DNA from: Flaccisagitta enflata
Lineage: Eukaryota
DNA length: 64,000 bases
Reading direction: 5' to 3'
NCBI GenBank assembly: GCA_965153355.1
Contig: OZ231126.1
Span: 34,224,001 to 34,288,000 of the forward strand
In this document: positions 38,759 through 53,444 of the stretch, one piece after another
Numbering within the stretch: position 1 is the stretch's first letter
Layout of the letters: each line of letters opens with the position of its first letter
Translations under genes and position numbers: made by a program
The notes under the pieces: model-generated
Seen by the model: only the letters and a program-made list of their open reading frames with translations
Databases searched by the model: none
Told to the model about the DNA's origin: nothing

Positions 38759-39054
38759 AACAAGCCCGACCGGGCAACGATGCGTCCGGGCTGTGTCTCA
38801 GTGTGTATTGATCATGCGACATATGTATGGAGAGACAGATGGACGAACAGACGGGTGAAAAGACTCTCAAAACATGTTGGTTGATCATTTGTTTCGGTGT
38901 AGGATCTCACCGTGGCCAAAAACAGCCGAGAAACGCGTTTTTTGCACAGGCGTTACGGACGGACCGACGGACGGACCGACCGACGGACCGACCGACCGAC
39001 GGACGGACAGACCCTCTTATAGAGATGCGTTCCTGACGGACGCATCTAAAAAAA
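38759..39054 (-). mobile_element. HINE-like element, AGATGCG subfamily
   Basis: AACAAGCCCGACCGGGC stem-loop; GATGCGTCCG pairs exactly with terminal CGGACGCATC; (GACS)n; AGATGCG..CGCATCTAAAA. Confidence 0.88.
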
Positions 39055-39101
39055 TACTCACAATGTTGTATAGAAAGGTTGGGATGGAATCAAACAGAAT
39101 A

Positions 39102-39203
<102 letters not shown>

Positions 39204-39432
39204 GATTCCTGAGTGAGTTGGTGCTTTTGAGGACCGGGTCTCTGATTTCTGTTCTCTTTTTTTCCAAGAAATAATGGCCAATAAAGGAAGAAGTAATTTG
39301 GGAATCTAGACAGGGCACTTCAGCAGCGTGAAACATGGCTCAATGTCTATTTCCTTTTCTATCCTTCTTTTTCCTTCCTTCTTTTTTCTTCCATTACCTT
39401 CCTCTCTTTCGTTCTTTCTTTCGTTCTTTCTC

Positions 39433-39511
<79 letters not shown>

Positions 39512-39516
39512 CTCTT

Positions 39517-39560
<44 letters not shown>

Positions 39561-39596
39561 TCCTTCACTCTTTCTTTCTTTCCTTCACTCTTTCAT

Positions 39597-39673
<77 letters not shown>

Positions 39674-40151
39674 TTTCTTTTCATGTTTTTGTTTTCCTTT
39701 CTGTTTTCTTATTTTTTCTGTCTCTTCCTGTCTTACCTTCTTCTCTTCTATTCTTTCTGCCGTTTTCCTTTCTTTCTTTCTTTTTTCTATCTTTCCATCT
39801 GATTCTATTTCCATCACGGCCTCGCCCGAAGAAACATACAATTTACGCTGTTCCCGTCTTCTTCTGAGATCTGTCAGCAGAGGTATTCATCTTCGCCTTT
39901 CTTAGCACATTTATCTCCTCCGCCGTTACGAGGTCAGAGACGTATTACGGAGATATCAGTCGGTATGAATTATGTGTGTGTCGTCGAAGTACGCGAGTAT
40001 GGAAGAGGATATTTGTGGATGGTAATAGGTATCATCTACTCGTACTACACGGCTTGTCTTGATATTCGCAGCTTGCATCATTGATATGTGGTGACACTTT
40101 AGTCACTTTACGAAGGAGAGGTATATCATGGACGCGGCATTTAGGTGTAGG

Positions 40152-40257
<106 letters not shown>

Positions 40258-40924
40258 GGTATTTACATCGAAAGAAACCTTAGCCTTGTTGATTGGTTCC
40301 AGTGGCTCTTTCGCCTAAAAAACTAATTATCGTTTGAAACAATGGATGGTTGGCAACATTGGCAGTTCGTCAGTGTGAAGGAAGAGTCAGGTAAAGTCAT
40401 CATTATCTATGGGGCTGATATGCGGTGGCGACTATGGAAGTGGCAGTGACAGCTTGTAAATGGTGGGAAGAGCAATCTGAACTCGGCATCAGCAATAACG
40501 GGTAGCGGCGGTAGGGGCAATAAATGCTGTGGCACTGTTTCGGTGTTGGACAGTGGGTGGAAGTTTTCTGGAGTTATCATTTACGATGGTTGTAATAGCG
40601 GTTGCGACTTTGACAATGTCATTTGGGAAGAGCAATCCTAACTCGGCGTTAGCGATGGAAATAACAGCAGTTGGGGGCCTGGGGCAATGAATGCAGTCGC
40701 ACTGCTTCGGTTTGGGGCGGGGGGTGGTGGAAGTTATCTCAGCATTTGCGATGAGGGTGACAGCGGTGGTGGCAATTGCGACAATGGCGACTATTGCAGT
40801 TGGTCATTTGCCTTTAATCACTTGAAAGCCATTTAGGCGGTGCAGATTTCGATCGCTGTGTGTGTGATGGATGGATGTTCGAAAGGTGTGTCTGGGAGGT
40901 TCATTCGCCACAGTGCATTGTTTT

Positions 40925-41405
40925 AGACCACAGGTGGTTGTTGTGTTAGTGGTTGTAACGGTGGCGGCGTGGCGTTGCTCCGAGCCACAGTAGGCGGTTG
41001 TGGTTGTGGAGGCAACGTTGGTCGTACAGGTGGCTGTTGTTGTAGTGGATACAACGTTGGCTGCACAGGTGATTTTATGGTTGTGGGTGTAACGGTGGCT
41101 GCACAGGTGATTGTTGTGGTTATGGGTGCAAGGATGGCGCCTTAAGTGGTTGTTGTGGTTGTGGGTGCAAATATGGCGGCTTAGGTGGTTGTTGTGGCTG
41201 TGAGTGCAGCGGCGGCGGCACAGGTGATTGTTGTGGTTGTGGGTGCAATGGTGGCTGCACCGGTGATTGTTGTGGGTGCAACAACGGCGGCTCGGGTGAT
41301 TGGTGTGGTTGTGGGTGCAACGACGGCGGCTCAGGTGGCTTAAGCACTGGTGATTTTTGTGGTTGTGGGTGCAACGGTTGCGGCGCGGCGTTGCTCCGAG
41401 CCACG
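40925..41405. repeat. Degenerate ~39-bp GT-rich minisatellite
   Basis: GTTGTGGTTGTGGGTGCAACGGTGGCTGCACAGGTGATT-like units; GGCGTTGCTCCGAGCCAC occurs near both ends. Confidence 0.8.
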
Positions 41406-42130
41406 CCTTCGAATCTTTGTTATTTATTTCCTAGTCTCGAGCTCGAGGCTCATTATTTGCCTGGTGGAAGATAATGAATTGTGAGCTCGGGTGACGCGCG
41501 GCAGAAAAAGAATTCCATTCCATTGATAGACACACAATCCTCTTGACAATCCCCTGACATCGCCAATTCCCCCTTTCGGCTTTGTTTTGTGAGTGATTGT
41601 GACTCTTTCTTCTTTTTCAATCTCTATTCTGTCTGTATGTCTGTCTGTCTGTCTGTCTGTCTGTAATTTTTTTGGTGTCTTACTGTCAACAGAATTAACC
41701 TAATGTATTCAATGCTGTCATGTTTCCTACATTGATCTTTTTTCTTAATCAAGGAGTAACGAAGAAATTATATCAAATCCGTAAAAGTTACAATGAGAAG
41801 AAGTATCATTGTTGTTCAGGTTTTCGCCGTCTTTGGTCTTTGACTACCACCACAGAGCAATGATGCTGATACCGACGACAACGACAATGACTAAGGACGA
41901 TGATAATGACGATGAAAAGGAGACAAAAATGCCTCAGGGATGGCTCATGCGCGGAGAAGGAGGAAAGACGACACAGTTGGCCATAAAACGCGTTAACTCA
42001 AGCACTTACCCGCTTTTTCTCGAGATCGGACTTTTGATAGCCTCTTTTTCCCCTCAATCCATTCAAGTTTTTCCCCATTCAACCTGATCGACGGTAAGTT
42101 ACCGAGAGAATGACGTCGCTTCCGGCCATC

Positions 42131-43510
42131 GATGGTGGATATAGTGACGTGTATGGCTTATCATTATGCTCTGTGTTATGTCGTTAGCAACGGTGGAGAT
42201 GGTTACTTGAATCGCTTTTGATGGTGATCTAAATCGCGATGGTGGATAAAGTGACGTGTATGGCTTATCATTATGCTCTGTTTTGTGCTATTAGCAACGG
42301 TGGAGATGGTTACTTCTATCGCTTTTGATGGTGATCTAACTCGTGATGGTGGATATGGTGACGTGTATGGCTTATCATTATGCTTTGTGTTGTGCTGTCA
42401 GCAACAGTGGGGATGGTTACTTGAATCACTTTTGATGGTGATGTAGCTAGTGATGGTAGATATACAGTTAGGCTTCACTAGAAGGCATCTCAAGGGAATG
42501 GTTGATTTCATGCCTTCCAGGCGAGGTGCCTTATAGCCGAGCATGTATATTTCTGCACTATACTGAATACATAAAGTTCAAATATGCTTTACTTATTCTA
42601 TCTTTTGGTTGGATACACAATCAAATAGGCAAAGATGGATGCTTGGAAGTGGAAATGAAAAAAAAATGGATCTTCATTTAGTTATTGCAAAAAGTAAAGT
42701 CTCACCGTTATCATTATTCATGACCCAGCTCGCCAGCTGACTTACCATGAATGAGACTAGAAAAAAAAAGATATGGACAGATCAGAGTATGTCACTTTCA
42801 TTGATTTGGGAACCAGCATGGTAGCGACCAATTTCGGACCTCATCGTTCTTTTATTGGCATTGAATCGTAGGCTAATCAACTTTTCACTCCTCTTCTTCA
42901 TCATCTCCCTCCTCTCCCTGTTTCTTTCACTTCCTCTTCATCATAATCATCGCTGCTCCTCTACATCATCGGTATGCCTCTTTATCATCATCAGTATTCC
43001 TCTTCATCATCTTCACCGCTCTCATTGGTATTTCATTTCCTTCTTTTGCCTTCTCGTCCACCCTTAGCCTATCCACGGCCTTATCCTGAAAACATTTTGT
43101 TTGTCAGATGCCTTCAAAGCGAGCAGAATATTCATCAAAAACCCCATTTTTCATGCGCTATAGTGAAATTCGCCTAAAAGGCGGGTGCCTTATATGCGGG
43201 GCTTATTAACAAAGGAATAAAGAAAGAAAAGTTGGGACTTTTCAGAACAAGCCTTGATGCCTGGGATGCCTTATTAGCGGGTGCGCTCAAGTGAAGCTCA
43301 ACTGTAGCGACGTGTATGGCTTATCATTATGCTCTGTTTTGTGCTATTAGCAACGGTGGAGATGGTTACTTCTATCGCTTTTGATGGTGATCTAACTTGT
43401 GATGGTGTATATGGTGACGTGCATGGCTTATCATTATGTTCTGTGTTGTGCTGTGATCACAACGGTGGAGATGGTTACTTGAATCACTTTTTATGGTGAT
43501 GTAGCTCGTA
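42131..43510. repeat. 107-bp minisatellite (3+2 copies) split by a MITE
   Basis: GATGGTGGATATAGTGACGTGTATGGCTTATCATTATGCTCTG... units at 42131, 42238, 42345; resumes in phase at 43306. Confidence 0.92.
42465..43304. mobile_element. 840-bp Tc1/mariner (pogo/Tigger-like) MITE
   Basis: TA|CAGTTAGGCTTCACTAG ... CAAGTGAAGCTCAACTG|TA; TA duplication confirmed by uninterrupted minisatellite units. Confidence 0.9.
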
Positions 43511-45426
43511 GTCAAGTAGTTTAGCCTCGACATCAATTTGAAAAATACCATATTTTCTAAAAAATAACGCATTTTTGACATGGAATAAAGGAGTTTAGCC
43601 TCTTTGATCGTGGATAAATAGGACAAGTATTGATACATAATGTTTAAATGATCCAAATAGATGTTTTTTCGCTTAAAAATTGGATTTTTTGTCAAATTTT
43701 GTATGATTTTAAGATATTCTTTTCATAAAAGATGAATCTTCAAAGTGACGAGTTGGTGGAACATGAAAAATCCTAGAAAATCAATGAAAAAACCTAATGA
43801 ATTTTTCTCTTTTTACTTTTTTCTTGAATCTAGTATATTCTTCTGCAAAAGAACTTTAATTTGAGTCCAATCCCAGAATTCTAGCTCAAAGCGTTACAAT
43901 ATTATATAAGTTTAAAGTAAAAGACCTACGTTGAAGTCTGGAATGAAAATCTGTTTGGCATCGTGATAATCCAGCTCGGTGGAGATGGTGACATGTATAG
44001 CTCATGTTGTAACATTTGGGTGTTTAATTCAACTTTCGCCCTTAGTTTCGCAGGAGGTTTTGATATGTATCGGTTATGCTATTGACCTTGCTCATGCTGT
44101 TAGCAAGCTGTTAGAAAGCTTTTGGCTTGCAATATGAGGCGTGAAGTGGTGTCCCTGCAAGAATTGTTCGCCCAGATATGATAGAAATAGTCACATTGCT
44201 TTTAAAAGAGCGGAACGCATTGGTTGCCAAGCATAGTTGCAAATGATAACGACGAGTGTTCATAACAGATTCTTACGAAGGATTATTAGATGAAAATGTA
44301 AGCTCCATGCTGTATTTCTTTACAAAATCACATTATGGAAATGGGAGTGTTCTTTATCTCAAATTCGCAACTGGGAAAATCTCCAAAACTCTTTATGTGA
44401 ACCGATATAAATTCTTATCAGGGAAATCGGCCCATAGCTTCAGGGCGAAAGATTTCCGGAAAAAAACGTTTCAGGCTTTTGTCTTCTCGCTTAAATCTTG
44501 CTTTACCTAAAAATGGAAAGAAACAATGAGAAAAGGAAGCAAATACTGGCAATGAGGTGAGAGCGTTTGGTTTATAACTGAAGAAAGACTTGTGGAAGAT
44601 AGATTTAAATGCTGGTGGTGAGATGGACGCGTGCTTGGTTTAGACTAAAAAAAAGATAAAGAGAGATGAAGAAAGACAAATAAAAAAAGACAGAGAAAGT
44701 TAGAGAAAGAAAATAAAGCAAATGCTGATTGAGAGAAACGACACAAAAAACAATAGAACCGAGGGAGTATTGATGGCGGGGTGCGTTGCATGTGAGACAT
44801 GACAGCGCATGTGCGGCATTGCTTGTCAGTCGCTGTATCATTGCGAGATCTTGTTTTTGAATTTCTTTTTTAATATGTATGTGTTCTCAGTGGATGGGTC
44901 TATATCACGTTTGGAATAGAGATGAGAATTCAACCATCCATGAATGGAATACGAAGAAATATATTCTGGTTACGATGCGCGAAGACCACGAGAAAAAAAA
45001 AAACTTAAAAAAAGTTAAAGAAAGTTTGAAAAAGTGTGGAAAAAAAAATAAACGAACGAGACAAGATGGCGGAGGAAAAGGGAAAATATGGTATAAGCAT
45101 GGCAAGGAGGATTTTATAGGTTGATTCAAAAAAGTTCCCCTCCTAAAACCGTGAGTGCGTTTTTAAGAAAACTTAATTTGAAACGGTTGATAATATCAAA
45201 AGTCAAAGCGGGGAAAAGGGAAAGTGAATCCACTGCGAATTGAAGGGGAGATTTTTTTCGACTGCAATCAGATTAAAAAGTAAGAATTGAATTTAGATTG
45301 TAACCAAAACGTTTAAATAAAAAGCCATTGAACCGGAAATTAGTGTACATCTCTCAGGAGATCGTCTAAGAATCGCGATTGTTTCATTTATGTTGGTCAA
45401 TTTCAGAATATCTCGGTTGGTAAAAA

Positions 45427-48400
45427 CCGCCACATGCACAAGTTGAGCTAGCTGCATTATTTCTAGTCGCAAAAAAAAAATTGAGCGACGAGGCTAAAAA
45501 AGACTCAATCTTGTGTAAAAAAACCTGGGGAATCCAACCGTGACATTTTTAGAGCCCTACGCGGGGGCGTTTAGAAACGGCCCCCAAAAAACACCCAAAA
45601 ATGGCTATTTTTGGGTATTTTTGGCCAAAATTATGTTCTTAAATGGAGGCCAAGTGTTTAATTTCATAGTTGGGGACACTTCAAGATGTAAGAGACTAGT
45701 AAAACAAGAATCATGATGATGGGGCTATTGCGGGGTACCTAAAAAGGCCCAAAAAGGGCCCTTAAAGCGAAAAATAAATAGTTCTTTTTTCATTGAGGCC
45801 AAAAAAATTATTGGAATGCCTTCAAATTTGAAATGGAAGTTCCTTATAAATGCAACTACCATCATGCAAAAATTTGTGGCCCTCCTTAAATGGCTTCATA
45901 GGAAAATTTGGCCACAAAAACCAAAAATTGCTCCAAAAAAATCAGTTTTTTTAGTTCATTGACCTAAAAACAATATTTTAAGGTCAGGGTACCCCAATTT
46001 TTTTTTTCTATTTTGCTAATATAAGATGTTTGGAGGTTCCAAAAAAAATTTCAGGCCATATTTCCAAAAAATGGCTGAGATATGACCATTTTAAGCGACG
46101 TGGTAAAAATGGAAAACACCAAAAATGGTCATTTTTTTGTGATTTTTTTAAACAGTTGGGTACAAAAAGGGGTCCCGTTTATTTTAATTCATAGTTAGGG
46201 GCACTACAAGATGTAAGAGATTATAAAAACAGGAATCATGATGATGGGGCTATTGTGGGGTACCTAAAAAGGCCCAAAAAGGGCCCCTAAAGCGAAAAAT
46301 ATGTAGTTTTTTTTAAATTGTGACTACAAAAATGAATGGAATGCCTTCCAATTGGAAATGGAAGTTCCTAATAAATGCAACTACCATCATGTAAAAATTT
46401 GTGGCCCCCCTTAAATGGCTTCACAGTAAAATTTCTAGTTCATTGACCTAAAAACAATATTTTAAGGTCAGGGTACCCCAATTTTTTTTTTCTATTTTGC
46501 TATTATAAGATGTTTGGAGGTTCCAAAAAAAATTTCAGGACATATTTCCAAAAAATGGCTGAGATATGACCATTTGAAGTGAAAGGGTAAAACTGAAAAA
46601 CGACGATAATAGCCATTTTTTGAGATTCATTGAAAACATTTGATACAAAAAGAGGTCCCAATAGTTTCAATTCATAGTTTGGGACACTTCAAGATGTAAG
46701 AGACTAGGAAAACAAGAATCATTATGATGGGGCTATTGTGGGGTATATTGCGGTGGGGGTGTATGGGGTGTATTGTGGGGTACCTAAAAAAGCCGAAAAA
46801 GGGCCCCTAAAGCAAAAGAAATTTTTTTTTCATTGTGGCTACAAAAATGATTGGAATACCTTTAAATCTGAAATGGAAGTTCCGAAATGATAAAACTACC
46901 ACTATGTAAAATTTTGTAGCCCTCCTTACACGGCTTCATGGGGAAATTTGACCTTAAAACACTAAAATTTCTTGAAAAAAATCACATTTTTTAATTCAAA
47001 CAAGGCCGGATACACAGCAATCCAGTTGGTAATGCAACAAGGTTGGATACATGGCTACCCCAATCACGTGTGGGTGGGCAGGGGCTGTATTTGAGGTCAT
47101 TTGATCACTTGGGCAGGAGCAGTGAGGACAAATACTGCAAAAACCCAAAAAAAGGTAAGTGTGACGGACTGACGGATGGACAGACTGACGGACCAACAAA
47201 GCGGGTGTAGAGTCGCGTAGCACGCGACCAAAAACCATTCAGAATTAAAAAAAAATTGGGGTACCCTGACCTTCAAATATTGTTTCTAGGTCAATGAACT
47301 GATTTTTTTTAACAATTTTTGTTTTGTTTTTTTTTGGCCTAATTTTCCTATGAAGCTATTTAAGGAGGGCCAAAAATTTATACATGATGGTAGTTGCATT
47401 AATAGGAACTTCCATTTCTTTTTTGAGGGCATTCCATTCATTTTTGTAGTCACAATTAAAAAAAAAAACTATTTATTTTTTGCTTTAGGGGCCCTTTTTG
47501 GGCCTTTTTAGGTACCCCACAATAGCCCCATCATTATGATTCCTGTTTTTGTAATCTCTTACATCTTGTAGTGTCCCCAACTATGAATTAAAATGAACGG
47601 GACCCCTTTTTGTACCCAATTGTTTTAAAAAATCACCAAAAATGACCATTTTTGGTGTTTTTCAGTTTTACCACGTCGCTTCAAATGGTCATATCTCAGC
47701 CATTTTTTGGAAATATGTCCTGAAATTTTTTTTGGAACCTCCAAACATCTCATAATAGCAAAAGAAAAAAAAATTGGGGTACCCTGACCTTAAAATATTG
47801 TTTTTAGGTCAATGAACTAGAAAAACTGATTTTTTGGAGCAATTTTTGGTTTTTGTGGCCAAATTTTACTATGAAGCCATTTAAGGGGGGCCACAAATTT
47901 TTACATGATGGTAGTTGCATTTATTAGGAACTTCCATTTCCAATTGGAAGGCATTCCATTCATTTTTGTAGTCACAATGAAAAAAAAAACTACATATTTT
48001 TCGCTTTTGGGGCCCTTTTTGGGCCTTTTTCAGATTACACAATAACCCCATCATCATGATTCCTGTTTTTATAATCTCTTACATCTTCTAGTCCACAACT
48101 ATGAATTAAAATAAACAGGACCCCTTTGTACCTAATTTTTAAAAAATCACAAAAAATGACCATTTTTAGCGTTTTCCATTTTTACCACGTCGCTTCAAAT
48201 GGTCATATCTCAGCCATTTTTTGGAAATATGGCCTGAAATTTTTGGAACCTCAAACATCTTATCTAGCAAATAGAAAAAAAAATTGGGGTACCCTGACCT
48301 TAAAATATTGTTTTTAGGTCAATGAACTAAAAAACTGATTTTTTTGGAGCGATTTTTGGTTTTTGTGGCCAAATTTTCCTATGAAGCCATTTAAGGAGGG

Positions 48401-48833
48401 CCACAATTTTTGCATGATGGTAGTTGCATTTATAAGGAACTTCCATTTCAAATTTGAAGGCATTCCAATAATTTTTTTGGCCTCAATGAAAAAAAAACTA
48501 TTTTTTTTTCTTTGGGGCCCTTTTTGGGCCTTTTAGAGCCCACAATAGCCCCATCATCATGATTCTTGTTTTACTAGTCTCTTACATCTTGAAGTGTCCC
48601 TAACCATGAAATTAAACACTTGGCCTCCATTCAAGTACCAAATTTTGGCCAAAAATACCCAAAAATAGCCATTTTTGGGTGTTTTTTGGGGGCCGTTTCT
48701 AAACGCCCCCGCGTAGGGCTCTAAAAATGTCACGGTTGGATTCCCCAGGTTTTTTTACACAAGATTGAGTCTTTTTTAGCCTCGTCGCTAAATTTTTTTT
48801 TTTTCAACGTAGCCCAACTTGTGCATATGGCGG
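45427..48833. mobile_element. 3.4-kb foldback element with ~1.55-kb arms made of ~500-525-bp repeats; apparent 4-bp TSD (AAAA)
   Basis: AAAA|CCGCCACATGCACAAGTTG ... CAACTTGTGCATATGGCGG|AAAA; repeat landmark TTCATAGTT..CACT.CAAGATGTAAGAGA at ~45663, 46187, 46671 and its reverse complement at ~47560, 48080, 48580. Confidence 0.95.
46999..47234 (-). mobile_element. HINE-like element with doubled 3' end at the foldback centre
   Basis: AACAAGGCCGGATACAC then AACAAGGTTGGATACATGGC ... GAGTCGCGTAGCACGCGACCAAAAA. Confidence 0.85.
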
Positions 48834-49865
48834 AAAAGGATTTGTTACAAGTCGGTTGGTAGACGTTTGGGTGGTACCACTGATAAGCCGTGAGGTACCT
48901 TAAGACGATAAACAGAGAAAAATATGGAGGTCATTTTGGGTTGACAATTCTGGGTTCGCAATTCGCGCGGAATTCTGGGGTTCTTTTTTTTATGTCTCCT
49001 GAGACTGTTTCTTCTGACTGTTACTTCCTATTCTGGCGGTCCTTCCTCACTTTCCCTTTGCCGTCCGTACAGCCAAAATAGAGAGACGAAAGGACGGAAA
49101 ATGAGAGGATTTAGTATTCTAATAAAATCAGACCGATATCGGGCCAATAAGGTCGAACGGGGGAAAAAGTAGGGGAAGAAGGAAGATGAAGGGAATGTAA
49201 AGAAGAAGAAGAAGAAGAAGAAGAAGAAGAAGAAGAAGAAGAAGAAGAAGAAGAAGAAGAAGAAAAGGAAAAGGAAAAGGGAAAGGAAAAGGAATAAGAT
49301 AAAGAAGACTTGCGTCACAGAAAATATACGAATCAAGAATGGAAAAAGCTCCAATGGTAGGCACTGGGAACGAAAATTTGCATTGGTTTGAATCCTGCTA
49401 AAATTTCCACTAAATCTTCAATCAGCAGAGATCTGCAGTATGAATATTTTAAAAGTCTCTGGATTTATGATAAGCAACCCTGTAGCTATTCTGTATAAAT
49501 GTTATTGCTATTAGTTTTAGTCAGCGATCAAAACGGCAAAATAAGTTTCACTCCCGGTGCCTATCATTGGCGTGAAGATGTCATGGTTTTCGTTTTCGTC
49601 GTGACAGTGGTCCACAAGAGAGAGAAACCGCGACTCAGAACCAGTCCGCGAATAAACCTTTTCTTTTTCTTCTCTCTCCGATGGATACATACATCATTCA
49701 TTTAGTTCGCGCCGAGCCTTCGAGAGGCGCACCGGCCGCAACCCAGAGCTAAGAAAAATTTCTACTTCCTAGCCTAGGCTCAAGTGGCGGAAACCAGATG
49801 CTGCCGGAATCTATTTCTCTCTTAGCCGCCGATGCCGATGCCGACACCCTCAGTGGAAATATCAT

Positions 49866-49943
<78 letters not shown>

Positions 49944-50422
49944 GAGAAAATGAGAAAGAGAAAGAGAGTGATAAAACTAGAGCAGACTACTTTTTGAGTG
50001 GACTAGGCTGTAGACACCTACCTTAGCAACATAACTATGGTCCAAAGGACCAACCAAATGACCGTCTAAACGGTGGGAATCAGAGTCGAGAGCACGCATC
50101 TGAAAATAGAAGCGTCTCTAAATAGGAATGAGTCTTTTGGGTTTTCTCCTCCATCCCCCCCCCCCCCCCGTTTCATGGACGACCGTCGTCCATCGGCAGT
50201 CTGTTACTGGACTCAGCGACGCGTCCTGTTTAGACCACAGACGCTTCTGTCCTGATGAATACTTGATTAACGCACGCTCGCTTCTTCTGGTTGCTTTTCT
50301 CATTTCTTCTTTGCTTCTTTCCGTGTCTCAACTCTACTCTCTTACCTTCTTTTCATTTTCTATTCAGCGCTTTCGAATAATCTCCGAGGACTGTCATTCG
50401 TCTTGAGGGCACTGAAGAGTGT

Positions 50423-50670
<248 letters not shown>

Positions 50671-51568
50671 CCGAACTAATCATCATCATTCATCATAGGG
50701 TCATTACTCTGGCTGAACCTCGATGCAGCGAGCTGTCATAGAGCAGCGATGTTTAAGGTGTGATATCGTCTACCATCAATATCGCCTAAAAACTGTATAC
50801 AGCTTTTAAAAAGATAAAAAAAACCCATTGCATTGATTTCTTACGTCAAGGAGTCAGTAAACGCGAATGAACCGTCGCACCCCTCAGGGAATTAGGATGT
50901 AGAGAGAAGCGGTTGAAGGATACAGGTGAGTGTGATGTTTGGAGCGGACAGATTGTATCTGTGAAGATGGTAGAAGACAGACTCGGAAGGTAAGTGGAGA
51001 GGCAAAGGGTCAGTTCACAGCGGATTGAGAGACCGCAGAGGGGAAAAAATGACCCGCACCCATCCTCTAGCCGACCAGAATCACCCTTAAGAAGTTAAGA
51101 GCCGCCATTTGCCAGTGACAGTGTGATGGGAACTGGCGGTGAGTGCACGGGGGCCTGGGCCTGGCCTCATGAATGAAGATAAGTAACGGCGGAGTAAAGA
51201 TAGTAGAGCAACCGTCTACAAGATAGCTTTGTTAAAATGAGACGAGCCGGGAAGAGGCTTTTAGCGAGTGACGACCAAAGACCGACAGGAGTAAAAAAAA
51301 AGCTTTTGAAAAACGAAAATGTGTTAAATGTCATTGAGTCGTACTAGGAATCCGAAATCAAACTACAATCGCATTCAATTGGAAGAGAACCGCAAGATAC
51401 AGACGTGAAACCAAAGAGAAAGACACAGTGACAGCGAACGACGCGATATACACGGGACACGGAAAGAGAGAGAGACCGATACAGAGACAGACATACGCAC
51501 TCAATGGTGCCACAAAATGCGAATCGTCTGAGCGATTTTAACATCTCAATCGGGTAATTTACTTTCCT

Positions 51569-51663
<95 letters not shown>

Positions 51664-53444
51664 CATCCCCAGCTGAGCATGCTGTTTTTCCCAACATAAC
51701 AGCAATGACCCCATCCGATTTGGTCTCGGCGTAGAGGCTGATAAAGGTCGATCTAATGGTCAACTGTCAAAGGTTAACTGGACCAGACGCAGATTTCTCT
51801 TCTGCTGAGACAACGATGGTCTCCAGCCTGGACAACGTCCGCCATCAAAGGCCATGATGTTAGTGGCAACGTCGGGAGCCCAGTAAAGCCATCGAGAGGA
51901 TTTTCACTAGAATTCTGTTGGTGTGAACTGGAATACGAGGCAGACACGATAGTTGGTGATAGAGGCGAGTTGAGGAGCGACCCCACTAAAAATGGAGAAA
52001 GAAAGGCGCATAAAAGCTCCAAAAGCTGCTCAAAATCCGGGCACCGGACAGACGCGAGTCGCTTTTTCTCCTTTTTTTGGCAACGTATCGAAGCAACTAG
52101 ACAGTCCGACTGACTTTGCGTCCATAAAACCGATGCAGAAAAAAAAAGTTTATTTCCAGCTACAACCCCGCCAGCTCCGAGGCACATTGTCTGCCCAATG
52201 GCCATTTCTTGAAGGAGAAAGAACTAAGTCCTCCTACAATAACTACTCCCCAGACATAATCGTCATCTTTTTTCTCTCTTTTTAGCTTTAAATTTAATAT
52301 ATGTCCTAGAGTTACGGCTGCCACTCGAGGTTTCGAGAGCCGCTTAACCGTTTACAATTCATGGCCGCGTGGCAACATAAAAGTCACAAACGAATGAGTT
52401 TCTGCAATATTTTCCCCGCTTTTCATGGACTCCATTCGTTATTCGAGGAGAGAGAAAGAGGAGAAGATGGAGGAGGAAAGGAAAGGAAAAGAGAAGGACA
52501 GAATGTAAGTAACTGCCATGGCCATTATCGAAAGCCAAAAATGGGCAATCGTCCTGTCTTTATCTGTAAAAAGATGCTGCAAATGGTCAAGCTGTTGTTT
52601 TAAGAACTCTTTCCAAAGTTTTTGTTTCTAAATCTTTTTCTTAATCTTAATGTTCTCCGCTGAATGACGGTCAGCCAGTCGGTCTGTCGGACGGTTTGTT
52701 ATCCTTTTATATACATCTTTTTTGCCATACGAGGGAACAAGACTGTACAAGCAGTTGCGTGTAAATTGGCCTTAAAAAGTAAATAAAAAAATCCTTTGTT
52801 TCGGAAAGACGAACAAAGGCAACATCGTATATTTTCGCCTATGATGACGTGTACACACGATCTTTAAAATTAGTAAATGATCAATAAGCAAGTCAATGCA
52901 AAATTCGCCAACTCGTTTTCTTCAGCATCGTGAAACCTTTTGAAAGCAAAGCTAAGAGAGTTATTTTCCCGGTAGAGAGTTTATTTCTTTACAGGTATTG
53001 GTTCTTACAGACGTGTACGTTAGAATGTTATGCTACCGTATCATCTTGCTTGACGATGATATTCAGCTATTGAAAGCTAGGTATTTTGCGAACCCTTTGT
53101 CGCGCTTTGGTTTGTTCTACTTAAAAACTCAAGCGAGATACTCCCTTGTAATACGATAGGAGGCAAATCCTTTAACCCCTACTTCAGGATAGATATCAAG
53201 GCGCTGAAAGAAAGTCCATATGGAGATGATAATCATTCGGATGATGCAAAATGCAAATGCCCTCGCCGTCCAACTTGCCGCCCAACGCGCCGCCCAACTC
53301 GGCGCTATCTTTCAAAATCGTGATGACGTCGGCAAAAGAAAAATAACGATGAACGATCGTTATGAGATTGAAGCACCGGCAATCCGGCGTGCATCATTAT
53401 GAAGCACCGGCAACCGTGAAGATACACCGACAACCATCAATGTA

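Noticed and set aside
41120-41404. Pro/Gln-rich repeat ORF
   Set aside because: 13-aa periodicity comes from a 39-bp minisatellite that continues beyond the stop codon.
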